A stretch of DNA of 64,000 nucleotides from Tubiluchus corallicola (lineage: Eukaryota; Animalia; Priapulida): NCBI GenBank assembly GCA_030141605.1, contig JAQGDQ010000129.1, positions 318,781 to 382,780 of the forward strand. The letters are read 5' to 3'. Shown one piece after another: positions 12,817-52,812 of this stretch (the first letter of the stretch is position 1; each line of letters opens with the position of its first letter). A model generated the notes under the pieces. The model did not search any database and was not told the DNA's origin. It was given only the letters and a program-made list of their open reading frames with translations. Both the position numbers and the translations under genes were made by a program.

Positions 12817-14589
12817 CAATTCTCATTCGGTTGAGCTTTACTATTTGAGTACTTTTAATCCTATTTTTTGCGACTTACTCCGCCTGTACCTTTTACCTGC
12901 GTCCGCAGCTAGTCCAGTATCATAATCACCAAAAATTGAAGTACTGAAAATAAAGACAGTATTATTCGCACATGAGACAATGTAAAAATTATACACTTAC
13001 TAGTTCTATAAGAAAAATTAGCATGGACAACTTCGATGTTCAGCATGTTCCAGAACTGTACATTTTAAGTGGAATTATTGTGAATCTTACACGCAATTTA
13101 TTTGCGTTTTAGTACATGTGTGACTATGCGAATACATCTGCGTCAGTGCGAGGGCAAATGAGAGATAGATGTATTAAACTGTCTTGGCTCCTTGACTGGA
13201 ATCATCTCGGAAAGGTAAGAACACAACTGCCTAAAACTAATGTTCACACATCCACGTTTGAGCGTGATACCAATCAGTTAAGGCGTGTTCACGTTTACTT
13301 CATGTTCACACTAGCGGCATCGTTTACATATAAGGTATACACATTTGTATTGTAAGAGCTTTATACTGAGGCTTGCATGTAGTGTTTAAACAGCCGCACA
13401 GAACGTACCTGAAGAAAGTGATTATAAATAATAACAATCGTTGCAAGTTTTACTTGAGTGCAGTTATACCACATTGTTGAAACATGTTTTTGTAATAACA
13501 CTGAATCAGATAATTTTATTAAGTGTTAATGCAGACAACTTATCAAAGTAGGTGACTTTATATTTAGAAATTAATTAAACAGCAATCTTTAAAAGTTTTG
13601 TGGATTCATTATGGTATCGCTGAATGGGGGGGGGGGTGTCTATCTAAATGTGAAACAAATAACATGCCGGTCTTGGGTAGCTGGATAAGTGGCTTGTCTA
13701 TCTTGTTTCACAAAAGCGTTGAGGCAAAAGACTGTTAACACCTTAGGCTTAATTTTTGAATATTATTGAGCATTCGGTTTTTTTTGTTTCATAATCAATT
13801 TTGTTCATCGTCTTGTAGTTTTATACAAAAGTGCGTCAGTTAGCCATCGCTGACAAATCACCACAGAGCTCCAGACATTACCTGGGTAGAATGAAGCCGA
13901 TTAAAGAGATTTACGACAAAGGTGCCTGGTCATTACAGGAGTCATCCGTGCTGTTGCTAGAAACTCTGGAACGGCTGGCCACCGTCCCCAGCGCAAAAAA
14001 CCTTCATTCCTTCTCCGAGACCAAAACGCAGTTATTCCGTCAGTATTCAGAAATTAGCAAGAAGCCATTTTATTTCTGCTCACAACATGTCATGCGGCCA
14101 CTACTCCGCAATTACTGTGAGAGGCCATTCGTCGAAACCGTGCCGCGCCCCTTCTCGTGCAAGCCATTACAGCGGTACGCTGCATCAAGTACAAGAGCCT
14201 TCCATCAATACACAGAGGAAGGTTTAAACTGCCGCGATCTGTACGCCGAAACAACACCTAGGGCCTTCCACCAAAACAATGATGCACCTCCCTACCAGAG
14301 GTACGCTGACAGCTCAGGTATCTTTAGCCGATATAGTGGAGAAAATAATGTCATGCCTGATTCTGGTATTCAACCGCTATATGAGAGTGAAGAGACGAGA
14401 AGTCTTACAGTGACATCTATGAGTCATCCTGGCGATGGTACTAGTTCTGAAGACGTCAGCTTAAACCAACGGAAACTGCAAAATCAAGACCCAGAAATAA
14501 TCAGAAATTCCCTTATTTGGGATTCAGACTTGGTGCAATGGGCCAACTGCTTTGGTAATTGGATGGATTCTATGTTACAGGATATCTGA
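2448..14589 (+). CDS. GYS: Glycogen synthase (GT3 family), divergent, 13 exons, ~848 aa
   Basis: Exons 2448-2523, 3475-3656, 4422-4613, 5361-5558, 5865-6009, 6197-6314, 6806-6926, 7451-7617, 8800-8992, 9632-9755, 12146-12303, 13113-13214, 13819-14589. All introns GT-AG, phases consistent, total 2547 nt. Motifs [65 protein letters not shown]. Confidence 0.93.
3475..3656 (+). CDS. GYS: Glycogen synthase exon 2
   Basis: [12 protein letters not shown]...LGIE; tttttcag acceptor, gtaaaa donor. Confidence 0.9.
4422..4613 (+). CDS. GYS: Glycogen synthase exon 3
   Basis: [18 protein letters not shown]...[12 protein letters not shown]. Confidence 0.9.
5361..5558 (+). CDS. GYS: Glycogen synthase exon 4
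   Basis: AQFHEWQ...[17 protein letters not shown]...FYNEL. Confidence 0.9.
5865..6009 (+). CDS. GYS: Glycogen synthase exon 5
   Basis: [22 protein letters not shown]...FTTVS. Confidence 0.9.
6197..6314 (+). CDS. GYS: Glycogen synthase exon 6
   Basis: ILPNGLDV...[12 protein letters not shown]. Confidence 0.9.
6806..6926 (+). CDS. GYS: Glycogen synthase exon 7
   Basis: [36 protein letters not shown]. Confidence 0.93.
7451..7617 (+). CDS. GYS: Glycogen synthase exon 8
   Basis: [26 protein letters not shown]...ESLL; not in the ORF track. Confidence 0.85.
8800..8992 (+). CDS. GYS: Glycogen synthase exon 9
   Basis: [35 protein letters not shown]; gtaagt donor. Confidence 0.88.
9632..9755 (+). 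CDS. GYS: Glycogen synthase exon 10
   Basis: VIFHPAYL...[18 protein letters not shown]. Confidence 0.93.
10220..11230 (+). mobile_element. Decayed 3' fragment of a CR1/L2-type non-LTR retrotransposon (RT C-terminal region) in GYS intron 10
   Basis: Translated remnants [33 protein letters not shown]...KCLGLTF...[19 protein letters not shown]-like and [13 protein letters not shown], broken by frameshifts and stops; boundaries approximate. Confidence 0.8.
12146..12303 (+). CDS. GYS: Glycogen synthase exon 11
   Basis: [22 protein letters not shown]...GIYIVNR...EESVQQLAQ; gtgagt donor. Confidence 0.92.
12738..12814. repeat. (AAT)n microsatellite
   Basis: ~25 perfect units. Confidence 0.95.
13113..13214 (+). 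CDS. GYS: Glycogen synthase exon 12 (arginine-cluster regulatory helix)
   Basis: [34 protein letters not shown]. Confidence 0.88.
13819..14589 (+). CDS. GYS: Glycogen synthase terminal exon 13 with long novel C-terminal tail
   Basis: tcttgtag acceptor; [15 protein letters not shown] aligns with the last core helix; open to TGA at 14587-14589; AATAAA follows. Confidence 0.82.
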   Translation, partial: FYTKVRQLAIADKSPQSSRHYLGRMKPIKEIYDKGAWSLQESSVLLLETLERLATVPSAKNLHSFSETKTQLFRQYSEISKKPFYFCSQHVMRPLLRNYCERPFVETVPRPFSCKPLQRYAASSTRAFHQYTEEGLNCRDLYAETTPRAFHQNNDAPPYQRYADSSGIFSRYSGENNVMPDSGIQPLYESEETRSLTVTSMSHPGDGTSSEDVSLNQRKLQNQDPEIIRNSLIWDSDLVQWANCFGNWMDSMLQDI

Positions 14590-15585
14590 ATAAATATGAC
14601 TCCAAACTGGTATGAGCCCAAAACACATTTTGTAATGTATGAAGTTTTACTATAGGATCTTGTGATATATGTCACTTACCCAAAATGTCAAACCGAAAAA
14701 TACAATTGCAAATGCGGTACATATTTCTACTGTATAAAATGCGGTAATAAATTTTATGTACCAAAAGCAACATAATATTACCTGATTAAAATATTTGCAT
14801 GTTTTTCATCTTTGAAATATTTTATAGTTTCATGAATTGCATCAAATCATTTAATTACTGTTTGTCATCAGCAAAACAGGAAAAATTCGTCAAAAAAACG
14901 TGTACACATACTTGTGCCTCCTAATCTACAGGACTGAATGCAACAACACCTAATTGTAAATTTTTCAGTACAGTAACAGTTGACATACTTAATCATCTAT
15001 ACTCCTCTAAGTATTTTCTTGGTTATGGACTGGAAATACCTTATTCTATTCCATCCAATTACTATGTTATAGCCTACTCTTATGTGTATTGGCTTATTGA
15101 TTAACAAAAACCACCATTAATCAAACAATAGTCACAGAAATACAATACCAAGAGAAAATCAATTTATACCAAAAAAAGTTTTATTTCTCAGTCATGATTT
15201 AGTCCCAAAGTTAAAAGTTATTGCAAAATTTGTCATATAAACAATTTGACAAAGGAAATTGCAAGTGAAATTATAATTACACACTAGGCAAAAATTGCAT
15301 AACTAATTACTCAAAAATGTTTAAACTAAAACCTTGGCACTAGTAAGCTAGTGCTAAAACAGTCTCCGTGAAAACTTAAATAAGCAATAACAATTTAAAT
15401 CCATTATTTACAAATTATACACATACAAAAATGTTGAAAAATTCAACAACTATAAAAAATTAATTTACGTCAATATGTCCTAAAAGCATGAAACACAAAC
15501 TGCGTAAAAAAGGTAGCTTGCTATATAAAAACATCTAATCTAGAATGATTCATTGCTGTTAGTTGTACTGCTAAAGATGCTTTAA

Positions 15586-16335
15586 AGGAGACTACTGTAA
15601 GGCAAAATGAGAAGCAAGAATTTTCCTAATAATGATCTGTTTGATCCAACAAAATAGGCCTACAATACTGTTATCTTTGTTTTGCAGATTAAGAGAAATT
15701 TCATTTCTAAGATTTAGAATGTTTCAAGTGGTTCATCTGCATTTTTTTAAAGTAACAAAACTGGTAAAAGTGATATAACTAGTAAACTTTCTAGATAATA
15801 GTGATGCTAATCACATTGGCATTGTAAGTTGCACAGAATACGTGGTGCCATCCATTGCCACGAATATATAAAGGCAGTCTAATATACTATTTCAAAAAAT
15901 AATAAATTCTTCTGAAATTGAACAGGTGCTAAATTAGCTTAGACAGTTGGGATACTAAACACAATTTCCTATTAATCAAATATACCTTCTAGGCCCTCAG
16001 ATACTACTGTGAAACTTATGGGATTCATCATTCAACACATTAGAATTGCTACTGCATTCATTATTTACAATTCCCTGTAAAACGTCTAACATTCATTTTT
16101 TATATAAAATAAATTCTTTTTAACAAGGCAATATATACAACAATTTACAACTTCAAGTATGACAATTGTTGCTCTATATAATAATAACACCGACAATGCA
16201 CAACTCTGATCACAGGAAAGCTTCATATATCTTAACACGAATGAACGGATATCTGAAAATAACTTGTTCCCTCGCACTTGGTCCACAAAAAAATTCAAGC
16301 ATTGGACAACTGGGTATGAATAACAGTGGTCCCCC
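15586..16335. mobile_element. Possible non-autonomous Kolobok-like element between GYS and fringe 3' ends
   Basis: TTAA|AGGAGACTACTG ... CAGTGGTCCCCC|TTAA: 12-bp imperfect TIR (3 mismatches) flanked by TTAA. Confidence 0.3.
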
Positions 16336-16619
16336 TTAAGAAAGGAAATCCTTTCTTAACTAGTCATTATGACAATTACAATGACTGTGACAATAGGTGG
16401 TAACGATGGTGGTGACGACAATAAATTGATGACGATAGCAAAACGATACCCGAGGTTGTCATCAAATTATACAATCTTGTGACATCTAGTCTGGTTTATT
16501 GATAATTTATTTTATTGAGCCTTTTGTCAGACCTCTTCTTAAGTCTTCCATTTTGACTGTATGATTGTCATGGGGGGGGTGTAAGTATCGAATGCTAATG
16601 TCTCATTTTCTGATTTCTG

Positions 16620-45671
<29,052 letters not shown>

Positions 45672-45951
45672 TTTGTGTTAAACTTCTTGACCATCATCAT
45701 TACTTCTATCCCATATGGTTAAAACCAAGCACCTCAGAAATTCTTCTGCTCTCTGTGTTCGCACATCGCTACTGGTGTCCTGAGCGTGGGAACGTCGAAA
45801 GTCAGTGGCTCAGTGCTCGGTGGATCATAACCATGCACGTCACTCGGCGGAGGACCAAACAACGTGAGTCCAAAGGATGAGTGAATGTACTCACTCTTCG
45901 TCCGAGCGATGGCGCCACGTTACATGTAAATAAATAGGACTGGCTTTCAAG
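45672..45951. promoter_or_regulatory. Compact bidirectional promoter/5'UTRs shared by fringe and syntaxin-8
   Basis: 280 bp between divergent ATGs; locally GC/CpG-rich; contains CGTGGGAA, CACGTCA and YY1-like GATGGCG. Confidence 0.65.
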
Positions 45952-48900
45952 ATGGATGGCTCTGATAGTTGGTAAAATTTAGATTTCTGTGGTTTAGTGG
46001 AAGAAGGGCGTAACCCACATTACGTTTGTTCTGAGAAAATCACATTGTTTTGTAACTGTGTTAAAAATTTGCAGATAAACTATCATTCTCATGACATAAT
46101 AATACTTGTTGATGTCAGAACCGTTATCCACACTAAGTAATGTCATGATCATGTTATTTGGAATTGCATCACTGATAATGACTCTAGTAGGGCACTACGG
46201 CTTCTAGTAAGCTTGGTAAATAATGACATAAAGCTTTAAGCCCCGCACAGACATGCAATTTTCAGTTGTGCAATTAAAAATTGCAGAATCTGTAAATAAC
46301 TAAAGTCGGTGAGGGCGCACCAACTAAAAACTGCAATCTGAGCTCATACTTTTAGTTGCACAACTGTTTGGTAATGTACTCTCTTCAATGAGAGCACGTA
46401 GACATGCAATTTTTAATTGTGCGACTTTTAATTAAAACATACTAGTTAAGCGAGAGAAAAAGCCAGTGTCTTATGAAGAGGCACTATTAACCATACAAAA
46501 GAGAGAAAAGAAAAACAAATTAATGACTATAAATCATTGTTTCTATTTCTGCTCCTATCTTTCAAGAAATTCAGTGACAAATTCAGAAAATGGAGATCAA
46601 AATATGAAGTTCTGAAATTGACAAGCTTACTTCAAACATGTCTCAGTGCAATGAACACATTTCTGCTGATACTGTTCTGACTGTGTCTTGTACTTACACC
46701 AGACAGAAGATTTACATCCTCCCCTGCATTAGAAGAATACAAAATTGAAGAACTTTAAATTGTGCAAAGTGTCTGGTGTGCTTAAGAGCCCCAAGTCATT
46801 ATAGAACTTGTAAGGTTGCCTTTTTAATATATGCTGGTTAATTATTGTGCGCAATATTTCCGGCGTCTCTTTTGACTTTTTGTGAATTAATAATGAACAA
46901 ATGCAAGCAACGCTTCAAGCTCTGTACTGCCAGTTGCACAACGCAAATTGCATGTCTGTGTGCCCGATTTTGGTATACTAGTAAAATTGCTTTAATTTTC
47001 AGTTGTGCAACTTTTACTTGTGCAATTGAGTGACTCAAGTGTCTAGTGTGCAATTTTTCAGTGACTCAATAAGAAAACGAATTCTGTACTTTCTAATATC
47101 TGTTCGACATTGTGGCTTAAATAATTTCATTTTGTATAACATGGTAAACTATAATTAGAATTTCGTTTCAAGTTATACTCATGGTGAGTTTAGTCATTAG
47201 TATATGAACTGTGCATGAGACTTGTTAAAGTGACAACCAGTGAATCCCAATAATTAACCAGAAGGCTTAGCAGAATTAGACACAGACTGAATAATTCCAT
47301 TCAGTCGTTGAAGCTCGAAATAAACATAATGTTTATTTCGAGCTTCAAACGTACAGTTACGCGAAGATGTAAAAAATTTGCACATGTAAAATAAAAAGAG
47401 GAAAGTATATATCAGAGTGGTTAAGGGAGTGCAAGAGTTAGGGGATCAAGACAGATACCATTTTCTGATTAATATAATGCAAACTATAGGCATCGCAAAA
47501 TTAATAAAAAACAAGTTAAATATAAGAAGACGATAATAAAAAACAGAGAAAAAGTTAAAGAAAAACTATATACTGAGTAGTGTGTAATTAGACCTACATA
47601 ACAAGAAAATATAGACATATATATTATAACACTTATAATTTCAAATTAGGTACTAATTAAAATTATGATACATTTGATCATTTATATAGGTGCACATATA
47701 TATATATATTGGCTTGTTACAGGCTTATGCTGAGATTCAAACATATACAATACGTGCATGCATGATATATCATATATACATACATACCTAGTTACTAGAT
47801 ACCTAATTACTAGCAAGTAGCAAGCATACACATGTGCAAGCATGAATTCTTGCCTGAATTCTGAGAATCTCGAATTATCGGTAAAGCAAAAGTACAAAAA
47901 ATCAAACAACACATTTAGTGTGCAATGCCAAGTATTTACTAGGCTAAATATGAGAAAGTATCCGAGTGTACATACTACCCAATAAAACTAGTTTAAAGCT
48001 AGTTTTCTCTCAAGAAATAATTATGCTCGCTTTAGTTTTGATTCAGGTACATATAGTTGTGCATAAAATTAGTGTATTTACTCATCTTAGTAATTTTGGG
48101 CCTATAGTAGGCTTAATACCTGTCAAGTCTCAGACATTGAGCATGCATCTCCAGTTACTGATCTTCAACTCACACGCAATTTTTGATTTTCTTCTTGTTT
48201 CAGGAACTGAAAGAGATATATGTGTATTCAGGGTACTTTGTATTCTGTTTAAATTTTAGTTAAAGGCTGAAAGTGTTGTGCTAATGGCTGAAGGAGCATT
48301 GCTTTACCTTGCTATTATAATTCTACTGCTGCTGTATTATTCTATTACAGTAGTATTACAATTTTTACACATGTTACACTGTTACTTATTCAATTTTTTT
48401 CTTTGGTACCATTTGGAAACATTTTCTGTCTTTTGTCTTGTCCTTTTCCAAACTGTTTTGCATAAAGCTTAACTGACATTCTAAATCCTGAAAAATGTAA
48501 TTTAATGTTAGCATTTAAATGAATTATTACCTTGCAAAATATTTTTCAGTCTCTTCAGTCTTCATTGGAGCACCTTCATTTCTTAAACCTAATTTAAGTA
48601 AGGGAACAGTGCTTCATGCAGAAACCAAATTGCACATCACTTGCTTAGAATACATCATCTCAAGCAAACTGATTAAGCCTATATATTTCTGTGGCTCTAA
48701 TATTGTTTGAAAACGTGTTGAAGAATTGAAGTTGGCTACCAAGGAAAACCCATAGGAACAGTAGAGGCAAAATGTATTTTTAGAATACGGCTATTGTGGT
48801 AATCTCACAGATTCGCTGCCCAAACCACCAGTATCTAATTTAATATTTACAAATAGGTCTAAGAGATTATATCTGTGGCTAAGTAAGTGATTCATTACTT

Positions 48901-50796
48901 CTATGTTAAGTTTACTAAGTTAACTCACATATTACTTTTATTAGCTGTGCACATTTGATTTGATAATTTTGCACATCTACCAGGGAATTAAAAGAAACGC
49001 AAATTTGACTTGACCACTGTGCATGTAACATAGATAGCATGTTACTCTGTTTGATGAAAACTGGGCACTCTTTGATTGTATAGTTTGTATTAAGTTTAAT
49101 ACAACCCTTGCATATTGAATTTAACTATGCAAAAAGTTACAACACTATAGGCATTAGTCTGCTTCTACATTTTGCGATCCAGATCATTCTGTAAATGTGG
49201 ATACATTGCACCATTAGAAGACATAGTTATTGTCCACATTTGATCATGGTAGTTTAAACAAGGTTTTGGGTAATTCTTGCTTATTTACTTTTGTGCTTTC
49301 ATTTTCATGTTGATACCTGTTCACTTTGTGTGGTTAATCTTCATTCTGTATGTCATATTTTGCACAATTATGTGTCCAGTTTTTTTTTCAGTATAATGTC
49401 AAGTTTTTTTTCTGTTTAGCACTACGTAATACTGCCACCTGTTATCAAATGCTTGAATTTCATTCATTTTTTCCTTTCTTATTCAGAAAGCTAAAGCAGT
49501 TTTGATAAAATATTCATTTATTTTGCTTAAATTAAATAATTTAGCTTAGTTTTGTTTATTGAAAGTTACAGCACAAAGTGCACATGGTTTTTGCAAATAC
49601 AAGTACGATATAAAATCAAATAGAAAATTAAATTTAGATGACATTACTATAAATAGGCTGGTAGATTCCTTTATTACTTAACTAATGCCTAACAGTTACC
49701 GTGATGTTACAATCAATTAATTATATGTCAGACTCACACAGGTTCACACAGCAGATGGTCCAGCCTTAATATAGCAGTGCCATCTAGTAGCAAAAAGTAT
49801 AACTTCAAAGTTTAATCCGGCTATATTCAAAAGTAAAGTTACTTTCTGTTACGTATACTTTTTGACATGTCCAAAATACATTAGAGCATTGTCTGAAATG
49901 TGTTTGACTTTTGCATTTGCTGCTTAGGCCCTTCTTACGTAATTAACGTGTATAAAACTTTTTCACTTATGAGTAAAATACTTTTTAAGTTAAGCATGAT
50001 TTTTGCTTTATTTTCAGGTTAATAAAGTATGAAGCATGTGAGCATTTGAGTCGTGAAATTATGCAAAACTTAGCAGAAAGGAACCAAAGCCAGAATGATA
50101 GTGCTAGATATACTCGGGTACATGTTTTTCTAAGTGAATGTTTTATTTTTTATCAAAAGTTATTTGGTCCCTGATGTTAGTTGCCATTTCTTTATCCTCT
50201 GATAGCTTATACATTATCTATGATAGTATTTTAGTAAATATAACTGCATGTAATCATATGAATGCATGAAACCAGTACCAAATTTGAAATTCTGAAAAAG
50301 TTTCTTCTTTCAACTGGGACCTGAAAGCAGGCTGTCTGCTGCACTAAGAATTTTGTAAATAATTAATTTTTTATGAAAATTTATATTTAATTTTGTCTTA
50401 ATGGGTAAGGTAAGTGTTTCAGAATCTATTGGGTTAACTATAATTTGTATAGGATAGCTTGATTGATGTGTTTATTAGTTGTAGGCAGAGGCTGATGTGT
50501 TTCAACTTGTAGCTTAGCTTGTAGCCTTATAATTTAATTTCTCCAATCTCACCGTTTTATTATAAGAATAGGTCATAAGAAGGAGGTGTTATTGACCATG
50601 AAACCTAACATTAGCTTGCCACTTTTTGTCTTTACCTTATGAATGTATTTTCACCATAATACTACTAGTATAAATATGAAAGCATTTTTTTATTTCAGTT
50701 ATCAGCAAATATTCGGCAGTCTCTCACAGTCTTCTCTGCTGATCTAAGTGCCTTACAAAATAGGCTACCTAGTACAACCTTTACTTCTAAAAATAT
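45952..50796 (+). CDS. STX8: Syntaxin-8 (Qc-SNARE), 5' part: exons 1-3; the remainder is presumably beyond the window
   Basis: Exons 45952-45971, 50018-50117 and 50699-50796 splice in frame to MDGSDSWLIKYEACEHLSREIMQNLAERNQSQNDSARYTRLSANIRQSLTVFSADLSALQNRLPSTTFTSKNI. This matches the STX8 N-terminal Habc pattern (D.W...Y..C..L..EI......RN). Exon sizes/phases (20/100/98; 2,0,2) resemble vertebrate STX8 as recalled. Confidence 0.8.
46240..46965. mobile_element. MITE, possibly PIF/Harbinger-derived, in STX8 intron 1
   Basis: Terminal inverted repeats gcacagacatgcaattttcagttgtgcaa (46245) and cagttgcacaacgcaaattgcatgtctgtgtgccc (46931-46965); additional TIR-like copies near 46395 and 46995-47065. 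Confidence 0.65.
47308..47348. repeat. Perfect 20-bp inverted repeat with 1-nt spacer
   Basis: ttgaagctcgaaataaacat-a-atgtttatttcgagcttcaa. Confidence 0.9.
50018..50117 (+). CDS. STX8: Syntaxin-8 exon 2
   Basis: ttttcag acceptor; LIKYEACEHLSREIMQNLAERNQ...; GT donor at 50118. Confidence 0.8.
50699..50796 (+). CDS. STX8: Syntaxin-8 exon 3
   Basis: tatttcag acceptor; LSANIRQSL...LSALQNRL...KNI; followed by a U12-type donor. Confidence 0.78.
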
Positions 50797-50806
50797 GTAT
50801 CCTTTT
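50797..50806 (+). other. U12-type (minor spliceosome) 5' splice site
   Basis: GTATCCTTTT is a perfect match to the RTATCCTTT consensus, placed exactly at the exon end. Confidence 0.8.
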
Positions 50807-51472
50807 TGATATTTTGGTTGTTCAGCCGTATGGCAGAGTTGCACATAGTTTTGGATGAGTTAACTTGCCTGACATTATAATGAAGGGTCATAAAATTACT
50901 GTTCTAGATTATTGCTTGCCATTCATCTGCTAGACATTTTTTCTAGGCTGTTGCCATCATATTTACACTTGCGGCAGCAAAACCAAGATAGACATGTTGA
51001 TAAATTGCATACACATTAGTAGATATTGTCAAGCCACAATTATTAGTTTTGATAGATTGTTAGTGTACAATTGCTCAATTAACAAGTATAATAATATTTC
51101 TAAATAATGTGCCCAAATTCAGTGACTAGAAGGTTTAAACTTGGAGAAATTGTTTGATGTGTGTGGTGGAATTAATGAAACATGACTATGCGTTTGTTTA
51201 CTTAAGGCAGTCTCAGATCCTCACATGTGATTGAAACTCGATTATACTGAAAAGTCAAGTAAACTAATAAAACAAACCCGTACACCTATGGTCATAATTA
51301 CTTTTATGGCTATAACTCAAACTCGGTTTTGACTGCTATGTGTTTTGCAAAGCCTTTACAAATAAACTATGGAGAAACATTTTTTTAAATTTAATTTCCT
51401 TGTTTTAGTGCACCAATAAATGAATATATATATATATATATATGCTTAACACATGCTTAATCTGTGCTTATG

Positions 51473-51754
51473 GTTTTGTAACTAATCAATCACTGCTCTA
51501 TTTGGGCCGTGGATGTGTGTATATCAGCCTCTAGTTTTCTCCAAGTGTCATATTTAATGAAATAAGAAAATTCTCATTCTTTCACGTACTAGTCCATTTC
51601 TCAGTTTTGGCTTGCATAATTTGGTTTTGCTTTTGTAACTAATCAATTACCGCACGTTACCTCTACTTTTTTCTAAGTGTCATAGTTAATGAAACAAAAA
51701 ATTCTCATTGTCTTACATTATACTAGTCCATTTCTCAGGATTGGCTTACATAAC
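51473..51754. repeat. Tandem duplication of ~130-150 bp downstream (3'UTR side) of cyclase gene 1
   Basis: ttttgtaactaatcaat...aagtgtcata...aaaattctcatt...tactagtccatttctcag occurs at 51473-51620 and 51629-51754. Confidence 0.8.
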
Positions 51755-51930
51755 TTTTAAGCATATTGCAAACTAACTAATGAATCTATACTAAACTTAA
51801 CCACATGAGATATCAGCTAAACGAGATGCTTGAAAACAAGTGACATAAATTTCTATAATAACTGTGCTACATTCTACAATATAATCATCAGATATTTAGT
51901 TTTTTTGCAAGCTTCAGTATGCTAGGAAAG

Positions 51931-52812
51931 TCACCACAATAACTGATAAGCTGCTGCGACAAGTGTCACTAATAGCATTGAAATTATGGGAGAAATAGAG
52001 TTTCCACTAGCAGCTGACATACGAACGTTAGTGTAAACATTATCTGTAACCGCAAACACCCTAGCAGGAGAGCCAGTACCATCCCTTATTTTCATTGGAA
52101 TGGCAAAGACTTTTGCTCCCGTTGGTGGCAGTTTGTCAAGATTGGCAACATTTTCCAGCACTGGTATGTCTTCAGAAAGCAGTGTGAGGTGTACATTAAA
52201 CCTCTGTGCTTTACCGTAATCTACTGATATGCAGTCCACTCCATACATTTTAATACGGCGTTGTTCTACCAACCAAGCTGCAGCATCTGGATGAAGTCCT
52301 GGATAGTGGAGTTCACTTTCTGTCCATTCAGCTGTGCTTCCTAAATAATTCAGCGCATTTGGCCAGTATCTATGCCATCCCGTGTTCAGAAAGAAAAAAC
52401 TGTGCCTTGGTATTTTGCCATATTCTCTTTCCCAATCTTTTATGTCATCTACAGTACATTGGTAATCCCTATTTCTTCTGGTTTTAGCAGTAATATCAAT
52501 ATTTACGGCTTCTCCGATCAGTTCGTCTAAGCCTAGCTCGTGAATACCTCGCAGCCCACGCACGCAATGCCTTGGCGCATCCATGTGTGTGCCCGTGTGC
52601 TCTCCCGTGCAAAAATTGTTTACTTCCCAGTAATTTCCATTTGGATCTCTTCCTTTCATGGCTCTAGTCAAGTTGAATGGCTTGATGAGATCTTTTGCTG
52701 GGAAGAAAACCATGTCGTCATTGGCATAGTCATAAGTCAAATCAATTATTGCTGCACTGCAACTGCAAACAACCATTGCAGCAAAGATGTGGCATATGAA
52801 TACATCATTCAT
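51931..52812 (-). CDS. Cyclase-family metal-dependent hydrolase (kynurenine formamidase KynB/isatin hydrolase-like), copy 1; signal peptide and GPI-like tail
   Basis: 293-aa intronless CDS; IIDLT, EHTGTHMDAPRH, LNTGW, HYPGL, GVDCISVD, VH..LL...IPVLENVANL, PMKIRDGTGSPARVFA; hydrophobic N- and C-termini. Confidence 0.93.
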   Translation of the reverse strand: MNDVFICHIFAAMVVCSCSAAIIDLTYDYANDDMVFFPAKDLIKPFNLTRAMKGRDPNGNYWEVNNFCTGEHTGTHMDAPRHCVRGLRGIHELGLDELIGEAVNIDITAKTRRNRDYQCTVDDIKDWEREYGKIPRHSFFFLNTGWHRYWPNALNYLGSTAEWTESELHYPGLHPDAAAWLVEQRRIKMYGVDCISVDYGKAQRFNVHLTLLSEDIPVLENVANLDKLPPTGAKVFAIPMKIRDGTGSPARVFAVTDNVYTNVRMSAASGNSISPIISMLLVTLVAAAYQLLW

